Origin: Octopus vulgaris
Taxonomy: Eukaryota
Assembly: GCA_951406725.2 (NCBI GenBank)
Contig: OX597834.1
Coordinates: 45,012,001 to 45,076,000 of the forward strand
Reading direction: 5' to 3'
DNA length: 64,000 bases
The translations under genes were made by a program, and so were the position numbers. Numbering within the stretch: position 1 is the stretch's first letter; each line of letters starts with the position of its first letter. Positions 16,201 to 27,986 of the stretch are shown here, piece by piece. The notes beneath the pieces are model-generated. The model saw only the letters and a list, made by a program, of their open reading frames with translations. It was not told the origin of the DNA and ran no database searches.

Positions 16201-16620
16201 GATAATTGACGCACCACATCTTAAGTTAGACCCTTTCCCTTCATTAGCAGCCATGCGACAAATACGAATTCCTCTCTACCCACAACAAGTAACCTTATAC
16301 AATTACTGTTTGTTAAACTCAACTCATGCAGTATATAACCTTGCAAAATAGCTGGGTACCAATTGGGTATAACACCGGGTACTTACCTATGTGACACGTT
16401 GATGATGTTGGGTGTGTTGCTTTGTTGTACGAGGTGATATAAAATCTTCTCCGGACTTGTTCTGTAGCGCCAACAGATGGCAGCACATGGTTGCGTGTAC
16501 AGTGAGACACAACAGTGGCATTCATAAAGCAGTGTGACGATGGAATCGCTGTGTTTACTCCGCAAGTGGTGAAATTTCTGCTTTTATGGTCACGTGCATT
16601 TATGGTCTGCGACTTTTATC

Positions 16621-17808
16621 ATGAATAGGAAGTTGGAAGAAAGAACAAAAGTCAATTTACGTTAAACTCGGGGCATCTGCTACAAAGACATTGAGTATGC
16701 TTCATGAAAATTACGGTGACGAGGCAATGAATCGTACGCAATGTGGCACGGGTGCTTCGAAATTGGAAGAACGTTCCTGGAGGACGATGAAAGATCTGGA
16801 AAAACCTCCCACGAACGTCCCACCCCCAGGAAATGTGCAGAAAACTCAACTAGTGCATGAGAATCATTGGAGGACAATGAACGGCATTCCTATGGATTTT
16901 GGTCTGACGCATGGTTTCCTGAAGGCAATTCTAACATCTGAAATGAACAATGCAGCGTCCCCCACCTACTATACACTGAACAGAAAGAACATGGCGTCGA
17001 AGTCAAGATATCCGTCAACATGCCACTGATGTTCCATGCTTCATGTCGTGCATCATCACCGGTGACGGGAGAAGGTGCACGGGTACGATCCTGAGAAGAA
17101 GCAGCAGTTGTCACGATGGAAAAGCCCTTCATCTGCTCGAGGGAAGAAAGCACGACAGAACTGCAGCTTAATCAAGAGCATGCGTATTGATATTTTCGAC
17201 GCCTTATTTCTTTATTGACCACAAGGGGCTAAATACAAAGGGATTAAGTCGATTACATCAACCCCCCCCCAGTGCGCAACTGGTAGTTAATTTATCGAAA
17301 TACCGCCAAGCATTTCGCCCGGAATGCAGACGTTTTTGCCAGCTCGCCGCCTTCTTTTCGACGTCTGTGGTATTGTGCATGGAAAATTCTTCCCCCAGGG
17401 CCTGACGGTCGATCGAGAGTTCCACTGCGATGTTTTGAAGCGTTTGAGAGGGGGGGACATTCGGCGAAAGCAACTGTATCTTTAGAGCGCGAAGAATTGG
17501 ATTCTTTACGACGACAATGCCCCCTGTCACTGAGTTCCCCTCACTCGTAAGTTTCTCGCCAAAACAACATGGTATCGCTTCGGATCCTGTCCTTATTCGC
17601 CGGATTTAGCACCAGCGGATTTCCATCCGTTCTACAAAACGAAAATGCTTCTCAAATGTAGACGATTTGACATCGCAGTCGAGATCAAGAGCGAATAACA
17701 GTAGTTTTTGCGACAGAAAACGACTTCCAGACTGCATTCCAAAAGGGGAAGGACGCTAAGATTGGTTTATTGCAGTGCAAGGTGACGATTTCAGGAGAGA
17801 CGATGTTA
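16621..17808 (+). pseudogene. Mariner transposase pseudogene
   Basis: VKLGASATKTLSMLHENYGDEAMNRTQC, LEDDERSG, IITGD, WILYDDNAPCH and PYSPDLAPADF. The Asp codons at 17513 and 17618 have 34 codons between them (DD34D). Stops and frameshifts present. Confidence 0.9.
17202..17354 (-). mobile_element. Internally deleted SINE family A copy nested in the mariner, with 9-bp TSD
   Basis: TTTTCGACG at 17193-17201 and 17355-17363 flank the SINE tail and head. Confidence 0.88.
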
Positions 17809-18122
17809 GCACGTAGGCTAATAAGATATTTTTTATTAAACTTCAATAGCCTTGTAAAGTTGCGATACCACCTCGTATTCGATATGTGGCAGAGCCTGGA
17901 AAATTATTGGTACTGAGATAAAATATTCATTCCCACTTAAACGTGGATATTGTATTGGAACGAACTTTAGAGCGGTAGATAAGTGACTTCTAACAGAACA
18001 TTCACGTTTATGTGGAAAAATAGAGCCAACAAATATGCAAAGTGCGACCTGACATGATGCTTGACTTTGTGGAGCAAAGTAGTTATTCAGGTGTCTAGAA
18101 AAATGGAGGTAATATATACATA

Positions 18123-18186
<64 letters not shown>

Positions 18187-18240
18187 TGTATACATACATA
18201 TATACACATATATATATATATATATATTTTTATACATATA

Positions 18241-18272
<32 letters not shown>

Positions 18273-18488
18273 CATATATATACATATGTGTGTGTGTAAG
18301 TATATGCTTGTGTATACGCTTGTATGCGTATATGTGCGTGTGTGCGTCTGCGATGTCATATAGAAGACTGTCTTCTTTGTATGCCGTGTTGGATAGTCAT
18401 CAAGCGGTATATAAGTAGGAGTAGTAGCAGTTAAAACATTGGTAATATTAGTAGAAGTAATAGTTGCGGCAGTAGCAGCAGCAGAAGC

Positions 18489-18541
<53 letters not shown>

Positions 18542-19198
18542 AAAGGTTAGTTGTAGATAGACGCACTGTGTTAAACAAACACGTGCGTGCGGATTCCATT
18601 AATCCGTCCGTAAACGTATTGAACAACATAGACACATACACACACTGCCACTGCTTATAAACATAAGCCTATATATAAATATTTGTCTGTGAGTGTGTGT
18701 GTGTGTCTGTGTGTGTGTGCTTATATATAGATCTATAAATATATATTCATATGTAGCAAAATGATCATATATGAACACAAATACGTACGTACATAAGCAC
18801 GCAGATCGACATATATGTATATAAATGTATATATATATATATATATATATATGCGTTAATACGTCCATATACAGATACATCGTACATATATTCAAAAAGA
18901 AACGAACGTAGTAAATGAAACACAAGGACGAAAAAATCAAAATGGCGGTGAGTGAAATGATTGTGTACATACAGGAAATTGGAAAGTCTAATAAGGAAAT
19001 GATGAAACCGTTAAAATGGCGTATAAAATATCAGAGTAACTCTTGACAACTACAAAGGAAAAAAATTCACTCTATATAGCCCGAATTTTCGCCATTAAAT
19101 ATTCTCTCAACAAAAATTCCGAAATTTCCATTTTCTGCCATACGTTATTTTACATAGTAAAACACGACAATTTTTTTTTTACCTGTTTGACAACTATC

Positions 19199-19239
19199 AT
19201 AATAATAATAATAATAATGATAATAATAATATTAATAAC

Positions 19240-19274
<35 letters not shown>

Positions 19275-19281
19275 TAATAAT

Positions 19282-19325
<44 letters not shown>

Positions 19326-19336
19326 TAATAATAATA

Positions 19337-19367
<31 letters not shown>

Positions 19368-19412
19368 TAGTAATAATAACAATGATAATAATAATAATGA
19401 TAAACATTAATA

Positions 19413-19443
<31 letters not shown>

Positions 19444-19506
19444 TAATAAATAATAATAATAATAATAATAATAATATTAGTAATAATATTAGTAATAATA
19501 ATAATG

Positions 19507-19578
<72 letters not shown>

Positions 19579-19603
19579 TTAGTAATAATATTAAATAATA
19601 TTA

Positions 19604-19642
<39 letters not shown>

Positions 19643-19676
19643 TAATAATAGTGATAATAATAATAATAATATTAAC

Positions 19677-19729
<53 letters not shown>

Positions 19730-19745
19730 TAATAATAATAATAAC
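19199..19745. repeat. (AAT)n microsatellite, ~550 bp, interrupted
   Basis: Directly visible. Confidence 0.97.
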
Positions 19746-20212
19746 TATTCCAATAACAATAATGACAACGATAGTAATAAAGATAACAATAACGAATAAA
19801 ATTGAATGATGAAAAAAGAATTGAAATTAAATAATGTAATATATGTAAGAATCTGTAAAATATTCTGATGAAATATTCTTTCACGATAAATATAACAATT
19901 TGACAATCCTGTCATACAAAATTCTAGCAGGAAAACTGCGAAAATATTTAAATAATGTAATAAGGTTTTATTTTCTAACAAGAAAACGTGAAAATTTGCA
20001 TGTTTATTCTATGAAATATTTTACAGAGAAGAAATACAATACTTTCAAATATATCACACAAGATAGACAAAATTTGTAATTATTAGAATTCAGTAATTTA
20101 TCAGGAAATATGCAACAAATATTGAATGCATTTTGACGACGAAGTTCTGTCGTGTATGATGCGGCATTATAAAGGAATTTGTGTGACAATATTCATGTAT
20201 TATTATTTTTAT

Positions 20213-20778
20213 GACGGTGAGCATGCAGCGTCGCGTAAAATGCTTAGCGGTATTTCGTATGCCGCTACGTTCCGAGTTCAAATTCCTCCGAGGTCGACTT
20301 TGCATTTCATCCCTTCGGGGTCGATTAATTAAGTACCAGTTACGCACTGGGGTAGATATAATCGACTTAATCCGTTTGTCTGTCCTTGTTTGTCCCCTCT
20401 GTGTTTAGCCCCTTGTGGGTAATAAAGAAATAGGTATTTCGTCTGCCGCTACGTTCCGAGTTCAAATTCCACCGAGGTCGACTTTGCACTTCATCCTTTC
20501 GGGTCGATTAACTAAGTACCAGTTACGCACTGGGGTAGATATAATCGACTTAATCCGTTTGTCTGTCCTTGTTTGTCCCCTCTGTGTTTAGCCCCTTGTG
20601 GGTAGTAAATAATTAGGTATTTCGTCTGCCGCTACGTTGTGAGTACAAATCCCTCGAGATTCGCGTCTCCTTTCATTTATTCGAGATTTACAAAAGAATT
20701 ACTAGTTGAGCATTGGAGTTGTAATCGACTCATCTGCTCCCTCAAAATTAACAGCCTTGTGCCAAAATTTGAATCCCA
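20213..20778 (+). mobile_element. Head-to-tail SINE family A array (units 20249-20432 and 20433-20615, then an older copy)
   Basis: Two 183-184-bp units, each starting GGTATTTCGT(C/A)TGCCGCTACG; the third unit is diverged and has the older tail. Confidence 0.9.
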
Positions 20779-21629
20779 TATCCATGTTGTTCTATGAAAT
20801 GTTCTACTGAGAAAGAACATGATAAGTTATGAATGTTGAATTTTGTATTTAAACCCGTACAATGCCTATCAAAAGCTATGTGGCAAATAATTTATTTTTA
20901 TGACTAAAATGTTTATCTAGAATCATGCAAAGTTTTTTTTTTCTGGTATGTAGCCGAGAAAATACATTTAGATTGTGCAAAATTCTATTTCTGGAAGAAA
21001 AATATGAAATTGTATTTACTTTGCAAAATTCTTGAAGTCATATCTTGTGTTGTTATATATTGTGTTGTATTTCACTTGGGTACGGTCAATAGGCCAATAT
21101 TAATCATACACACTGGTTCTATTAACCATTTAGCCAATTAAGTAATCAGTTGCTTGATTAATATTTCGGTAAGTCAATCAATGTGAAAGGTTTGACAAAT
21201 TTCATCCGTCATTATACATGACCCCAGTAATAACGTACCTGCTCTGTTCCAAGTCTTCGACTCTCTTGAGATACAACAGAAATATATGGATGCTTAAAGT
21301 TCCTTCTAAAGAGTGAACTAACAGGAAATTCTATGGCTAAAAGCTAATGTCTAACAAATAACAATTCATTTCTAAATAACCGTTCTATACATAAAATCCA
21401 GTTTGTCTCACACTTTATTCTATCAATCAAAATATGCGACCATTTCTAATTCATGCAATGCAAAATTCTGTCAAGACTGATATGATATTTACCGAATTTT
21501 TCATCTACTAAGAAAGATGCAAATAATTTCAATTTGCTCTTACAATACATTATCAGAAATAATATAATTATTTTCTCTTTATTAATAACTCTATTTCGTT
21601 TCCGTGTTCATTAATATTTTGGGAAGTGC

Positions 21630-21875
21630 TAAGGTGGCAAGCTGGGAGAATAATAAGCACTCTGGACGAAATGCTTAGCGGTATTTAATCCGTCGAGGGC
21701 GGCGAGCTGGCAGCACGCTGGGCGAAATGCGTAGCCGTATTTCGTCTGCCGTTACGTTCTGAGTTCAAATTCCGCCGAGGTCGACTTTGCCTTTCATCCT
21801 TTCGGGGTCGATTAAATAAGTACTAGTTACGCACTGGGGTCGATATAATCGACTTAATCCGTTTGTCGGTCCTTA
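21630..21875 (+). mobile_element. Young SINE family A directly following an older family A head
   Basis: AAGGTGGCAAGCTGGGAGAA...GCTTAGCGGTATTT, then GGGCGGCGAGCTGGCAG... and a near-complete young body. Confidence 0.8.
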
Positions 21876-22588
21876 TATATTTACCTCAACATAGTACTCA
21901 GAAACAGCTATAAATTCACTCTTAACTTCACCTTGCTTAACTAGTGAAATAATGGCTTTTTAGCACCAAAGATACACTTCTATTTGTTGTTTTCCCTTAA
22001 TTTTCTTATCGTGTTTATATATATAAATATATATATATATGTTACTGAATTGCAGACTGAATAAAACAAAATATTACCAGACTTACTAAGCAGTGTCAGT
22101 GAGATGATCGGATGTACGCGACGGATATTTCTTATACAACATAAAAAAGCATTCAAACTTGTAGTGAATTTAACTGTTTCATGTATTAATAAATATCTGT
22201 AGCAAGCTTTAGCTATTATATATATGTGTGCTCCTAAATATGTGTGTGTCTGTGTGTGTGTGAGTGTGTGTCTGTATGTGCGCGTATATATCTTTACATC
22301 CATCCATCTAACGATATATATCAACGTTTCTATAGATATCTATCTATCTATCGCTATACACACCTGTGCACACAAACACACAAAATAAAACGCACGCAAA
22401 AATTTGTATATTCTTGACAGATAAATGCGAATTTAAAGTATGTATGACATATTTCCTTCTCATGAAATAGCTTTATAAGATTTGGTTGGCATGCGTATAT
22501 ACTTTTGCATGTTTGTACGTATAAATATCTATGTATCTTTGCACATATATAAATGAATGTATATATGTATATATACATATATATATAC

Positions 22589-22665
<77 letters not shown>

Positions 22666-23597
22666 TATAATCTCTATATTTTTTTTACAAAAATTCTTAC
22701 TGTACAATTTTCTGTCGAGTGTAAAACGGTACTTGCTAATTTCCATCATGCCTGATTGAAAAATTACCACTGTGTGTCAAACATTATTCTTGCAGGAAAC
22801 AAATGACAATTTTCAATACGTGCGGCAAACCATTGTGCCAAGATTTATTGAAAAAATTCCAATTGCTTACAAGAAAATTAAAAATTTGTAAATTTTGTCA
22901 TGCATTTTTCCAGTTAAAAACAAACAAAGCAAAACGATTTCTCGGTTTTGAATGGAAATATTCTCTGAAATAAAATACGATAGTTTTCTAATTCCTCACA
23001 ATTTCTATCATGTACAATAAAAGCATTTCCAATTTATGGTTTACAATATTTTATCCCGAAGAATAAATGTTAGCAAAATAAATAAATAGTATATGTATTT
23101 TTAAAAATACACAATCGAGGTAAATATAACAATTTATAATTTTTCTCTTATAGAACATGTGACAAAAATATTCTGAGAAGGGAAAAAACCGGTAATTTAT
23201 TATTTCTGCCAATGAAATACGAAAAAGAAATAGTTCGAGCAAACAATATTCCACGAAGTAAAATCGCAGAAATCTCTAATTTCGCTCTCAGAAAATTCTA
23301 CTTGGAACATTAGAAAAATATAATTACCAATTCTTACGCTAAGTATATTCTACCGGGACAATTGCAGCAATTTCTTTCCTATTGTTATTCCATTTTCTAT
23401 CTATCCTAACAGAGCAAAATTACTAAGTATTGCAGTTTCTGTGTTTGGTTTGCAGGTTTCTTGATGTCACCTCGTATATTGAATCATACTGCTTTATCGT
23501 GGGGTATTTTACACCATTTGATGAGGAGAGGTACCAGCAACGACGACAAAACTCTTCGAAAGCATAATTAATTGAATAATTGACCGAGCAATTAATC

Positions 23598-23806
23598 GAT
23601 TGGATCTTTTCACTTTGACCGGCGGATTTAAAAAATAATTTCTTTGTAACTAAGCACTTTTAAACTTCGTATACTTGTAGAATGTGTTACATATAACATC
23701 TTTTTCTCCTGGCTTTCTTGAGAAAATTCTGTAGTTTGAAAGCTATTTCTTGTAAAAATTTTTGCATTTCGGCAATTTCTGTCGGCCAACGTGAAAAGAT
23801 CCAATC
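23598..23806. mobile_element. MITE / non-autonomous DNA transposon with ~25-bp TIRs
   Basis: GATTGGATCTTTTCACTTTGACCGGC versus the reverse complement of GTCGGCCAACGTGAAAAGATCCAATC (3 mismatches). Confidence 0.75.
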
Positions 23807-24819
23807 AATAAGCTCAAATATTTAACTCTTTGCTTTTCCTCTTTAACATCTAATACTGATAGCATATTTCCGTGGCGTCCATGCATTAGGTATGGTAGAC
23901 ATCCCATGCTTTTCATTCAATAGTGCGACAATGTTCTTGACGAAGAAACGCTTTATGTTACTCAGGACGTACGAAACAAATGTGAAAACGCCCATGTATG
24001 TTTATCACAAAATTTTGAATATACTTTAGACAGAAAAATGGTTAATTGAAAAGTAATATATGAAGTGAAATACAATCAGTTCGTGTGATCAATGTTTGCG
24101 CAATGACCCTCACAATATACAACAAAACATTGTATATTATTCCGTAAAATATTCTAGATAAGCTTTAAGGAAATTACTAATATATGTAAAGTAATATGCA
24201 GGGAAGAAGGTTTAGTAATATCTACATTATCCTCGCTGATATGTGGTGGACTACGTGTCGCAATGACACAGAAAGCAATGTCAGCAGAGTGCAAGTTCCT
24301 GGTAAGGTATCGCTTGCTGGACGGTTGAGATTACAGATCTCACATAATATAAACAAGCTCTTCTCATACGTAAAAATGGATTTGTGGGGGAATAACATCC
24401 TTCCTAGAGAAAAAGAAAAGTTACTAAATGACGAGAAGAAATCAAATCCAATAAACATTAAAGAGGATGGATTCCTTCAGAGAAATATCAGATAAGTTTC
24501 GTGAAAAATAGAAAAAATTGTCGATGCCACGATCATCCATGCTACATCGAGTGCGAAGACCGTGAGTAAGATACGTAAATAATTATGATACTATAATTTT
24601 GGTTTGTTGCCAGGTAATACTCTGGTATTTCTTGAATCCGACATTCTTGAATTCTAAATAATGAGATAATTTCCAATTAAAATCTTACTGAATATTATGA
24701 TCATTTATGAAGAAGAAGAATATTTCTAGTTGCCGATAGGAAATTTTCCAGTCGTAGCAACAACCACAACAACAGTAACGATGACAACAACAACAACAAC
24801 AACAATAATAATGACAATA

Positions 24820-25510
24820 AAGAAGGGAAACATGAAATGGGAGACAGAAAATTTGTTAGTAGCTGCACAAGATCAAGCATTTAGGAATAATTGCATAAAA
24901 GCCAAAATAGACAAAAACAAAGTATATTCCAAATGTAGATAACGCAAATCAAAAGAGGAAAGCGTTACTTATATAGTAAGTGAACACAGCATACTGGCAT
25001 GGAAAGAATATAAGAAACGATATGACAATGTATGGATAGAAATCAGCTGGGAGTTATGTAGAAAGCTAGGATTTGAACCTACTGATAAATGGTATGAACA
25101 TGAACCGAGTAAAGTACTAGAAAGTGAGAAGTATAAGATGTTGTGAGACTTTAACATTCAAACAGAGAGAGTAATAGAAGCTAGAAGGTCTGATTTGGTA
25201 GTAGAAGTAGTAGTAGTTAAAGGAAATAGAAAGTATCAGACGATTGACTTTACAGTCCCAAATGATGAAAAAAATTAATATGAGAAGTATAGAAAAATAA
25301 CAAAGTACCAGAACCTAACTATTAAATTAAAGAGACTATGAAAAGTACGGGTTAAATGTATCCCAGTAGTTATAGGTGCTTTGGGAACTATCCCTAAAAG
25401 TTTGAACAGATGGATAGAGGACATAGGCATAAAACCCAGTTTAGGACAGCTTCAGAAAACAGTGTTTTTAGGGACAGTTAGGATACTTAGGAAGCTTCTT
25501 GACATCTAAG
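24820..25510 (+). mobile_element. Dong/R4-clade non-LTR retrotransposon 3' fragment (zinc knuckle + restriction-like endonuclease)
   Basis: ETENLLVAAQDQA...KCR...EYKKRYD...WYEHEPSKVLE...DFNIQTERVIEARRSD...IDFTVP...IPVVIGALGTIP...LGTVRILRKLL, with stops. Confidence 0.9.
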
Positions 25511-25629
25511 ATTACTTGCTGTCACTCAATAGGGCACAAGGTAACCAAATTTAGGTTAGGGGCAAAGTCGATTACATTCAACGGAGTTGAAAGCATAACA
25601 GGCAAGTTGACTCGCGTGAAAATTGAACT

Positions 25630-25990
25630 CAGCGGATCTTGTTCTGTACTAATTAAGAAGAGAAGACTGAAGGTAAATTCTGATGAGATGAAATTAACCG
25701 CAACAGCGTTAAATAGCTATGGAGTATTGTGGGATACAAATACCTAGGAATGCTGGAAGACGGTAGGTTATTGGCGGGAGAAATGCGAGAGAAAGTCACA
25801 AAAGAGTACAAGAAGAGCAATAGGGAAATGCTCGAAACAACATTAAACGGAGGGAACATCATTAAAACCAGAAATATATTGGCTATGTCTGTATTGAAAT
25901 ACGCTGTCCCCTTTCTAGAATGGACAAAGGTCTAGATTCAGAGATTGGATAAAAGAACAAGAAAGCTGCTCACAATGAACAATGCACACA
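25630..25990 (+). mobile_element. Dong/R4-clade LINE RT thumb fragment
   Basis: GYKYLGMLE...LETTLNGGNIIKTRNILAMSVLKYAVPFLEWTK*..LDKRTRKLLTMN. Confidence 0.85.
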
Positions 25991-25991
25991 A

Positions 25992-26292
25992 TCATAACTG
26001 TAATACCGATTGACAACTGTTTCGGCTGCCATTTTCCCCGGAAGAAAACAGAATTTCACGGCAGCATACTGTTCCCTCGTTTCCCTCGTTTGAGGCATCT
26101 CAAAATTCAACAAACAGCGGAGAAGCACTGCAAAACAAAGACACACCACTTTACAGTACGACTTCGCCGGATAACGCCGCTACGCAGTCTTATGCCTCAG
26201 GATCGCATCAAGTGACTTCTAGCGGCAGAAGCCTGAACTAAAGAGGCTTTGTCGGACAGAGAATTTTCCGGTTACTTTAGCGTACCACCTCG
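25992..26292 (-). mobile_element. Mariner 5' end fragment (TIR + transposase N-terminus)
   Basis: Minus strand begins TA|CGAGGTGGTACGC, like the 16430 TIR, and encodes EQYAAVKFCFLPGKMAAETV. Confidence 0.8.
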
Positions 26293-27216
26293 TATATAGA
26301 TATATTCATAGATACAGAGAACCTTTCAACTACTTGCATATAAACTATGTTACGTCTCAAGTTTTGCAAGACAATTTTACATAAGAAACTATATTTAAAA
26401 ACCACATTTCGGGGTAAGGGGCATATTTAGCTGCCAGCGATAACTAAACTGTAATTAAAAGGGTAGAATCGTTTTTAGACAATATTATGAAAACACATTG
26501 GACTTATGAATGACGTTACACACCACCGTGGGTGCTGATGTAGAATATCAGCCCAAAATCTCATGTGTTCTAGATCCTATGACGTCATTTATAGCTTAAT
26601 ATGTTTACACATACGTTTTCTATGAGGGGATTATTATTTTCCTGAGTGTATTTCCGCATCGAAAGTATTTATCACGTTCGAATATCTACACACGTGTTAA
26701 ACATATTTGTATATGCATATACTAAAATTGCAACATATTTCAATTTCTCGTTTACATTATCATTCCTAAATAGGACAAATTCACATATCTTAGAGATATT
26801 ATCCTCTCAAGAGACACGGTATTTTCCAAACTCATCTTCCTATATTCAATACTCTATTATACACGATACAATAATGGACAATTTCTTTCGAAAAGTATTG
26901 TGTCTAGAATAATAACTACGGAAAATATCTTCTAGCATTAAGAATACAATTATTTGTAATTTCTGTTCTACAATATTTTCGTGAAAAGACGAATAGTAAT
27001 TTAAAATATACAGTATGTACAATATTCTGATAAGCATGACACACTATATTTCGATTTTGTGTTTGATGTGTCAGATTTTTAATGATGAACGCTTGTGTTG
27101 AAATAAATTTTGTTTTATCTCCGGAGATCACACACACAGCATCATTGACGCTCACACTTTCTCTTTCTCTCCATCTTCGCTTAAATTCTCACTTTGATCT
27201 ACATAAATATGAATAT

Positions 27217-27425
27217 TGGTTTCAAATTTTGACACAACGCTAGCAATTTCGGGTTATTGGGTAATTCTATTACATCGAGCACAGTGCTCGACTGGTATTT
27301 TCTTTTATTGATCTCGAAAGCATGAAAGGCAAAGTCAGCCCCTGCAGAATTTCAACTCAGAACGTAAAGACGGACAAAATGCCGCTATCATTTCACGCTT
27401 TGGGATAACGATTCTGACAGCCCAG
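27217..27425 (-). mobile_element. SINE family A, old copy
   Basis: GCATGAAAGGCAAAGTCAG...AATTTCAACTCAGAACGTAAAGACGGAC. Confidence 0.75.
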
Positions 27426-27683
27426 TAGCAGAATTGGAGTAGATAGAACACACCATTGATGGCGTCGCGAACGGAGAAAACTGAACTTCGAAAAACTGAG
27501 CTGCTTCACTGATTGACAGAAGAATGAATTAAACAGTCGATGATCTCATTGTTTAAATGTAAAGGAATTGATCACACACATACACAGTCTCTATGTCTAT
27601 CTGTATGTTTCGCCCTCTCCCTCCATCTCTCTCTCTCTTCTTTCTCTCATATATTTTCACTTACATCCATATAAATATATATA

Positions 27684-27986
27684 TTGTTTGTTCCTTCTCG
27701 AGCCACAGCTGGCTCATAAGGACTGGTTTCCCGGTTTCCTTGGTGTATAGGTTCCCCACCTGGACGAGACGCCGCCCGTCGCAGGTGAGCTGCAAAATGC
27801 TGGAGGAAACAGTGAGAGAAAGTTGTGGCGAAAGAATCAGCAGAAGTTCGCCATTACCTTCTGCCGGAGCCGCGTGGAGCTGAGGTGTTTCGCTCATAAA
27901 TAAACAGATCGTCTGGTCTGAGATTCGAAGCCGCGATCCCTCGACCGCGAGTTTGCTGCTCTAACCACAAAACCATGTGCTTCCAC
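27684..27986 (-). mobile_element. SINE family C variant (tRNA head + V-domain-like)
   Basis: Minus strand GTGGTTAGAGCAG...GCTTCGAATCTCAG head, and CCTGCGACGGGCGGCGTCTCGTCCAGGTGGG...GAAACCGGGAAACC. Confidence 0.75.

Larger units (their letters stand above)
16430..17875 (+). mobile_element. Full-length decayed mariner (Tc1/mariner, DD34D) transposon
   Basis: Termini TA|CGAGGTGATAT... and ...ATACCACCTCG|TA (TA target duplication). Length is ~1.28 kb once the nested SINE is removed. Confidence 0.9.

Noticed and set aside
15680-16351. 223-aa ORF with poly-Ile/Met/Asp
   Set aside because: Microsatellite mosaic.
20249-20615. Tandem repeats that might suggest a CRISPR-like array
   Set aside because: The units are whole SINE bodies without unique spacers, in a eukaryotic context with no cas genes.
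23490-23565. Hammerhead-like TTGATGA-GGAGAG...CTCTTC-GAAA with an upstream hairpin
   Set aside because: C3 is T and stem III cannot be registered with an NUH next to stem I; at best a remnant.
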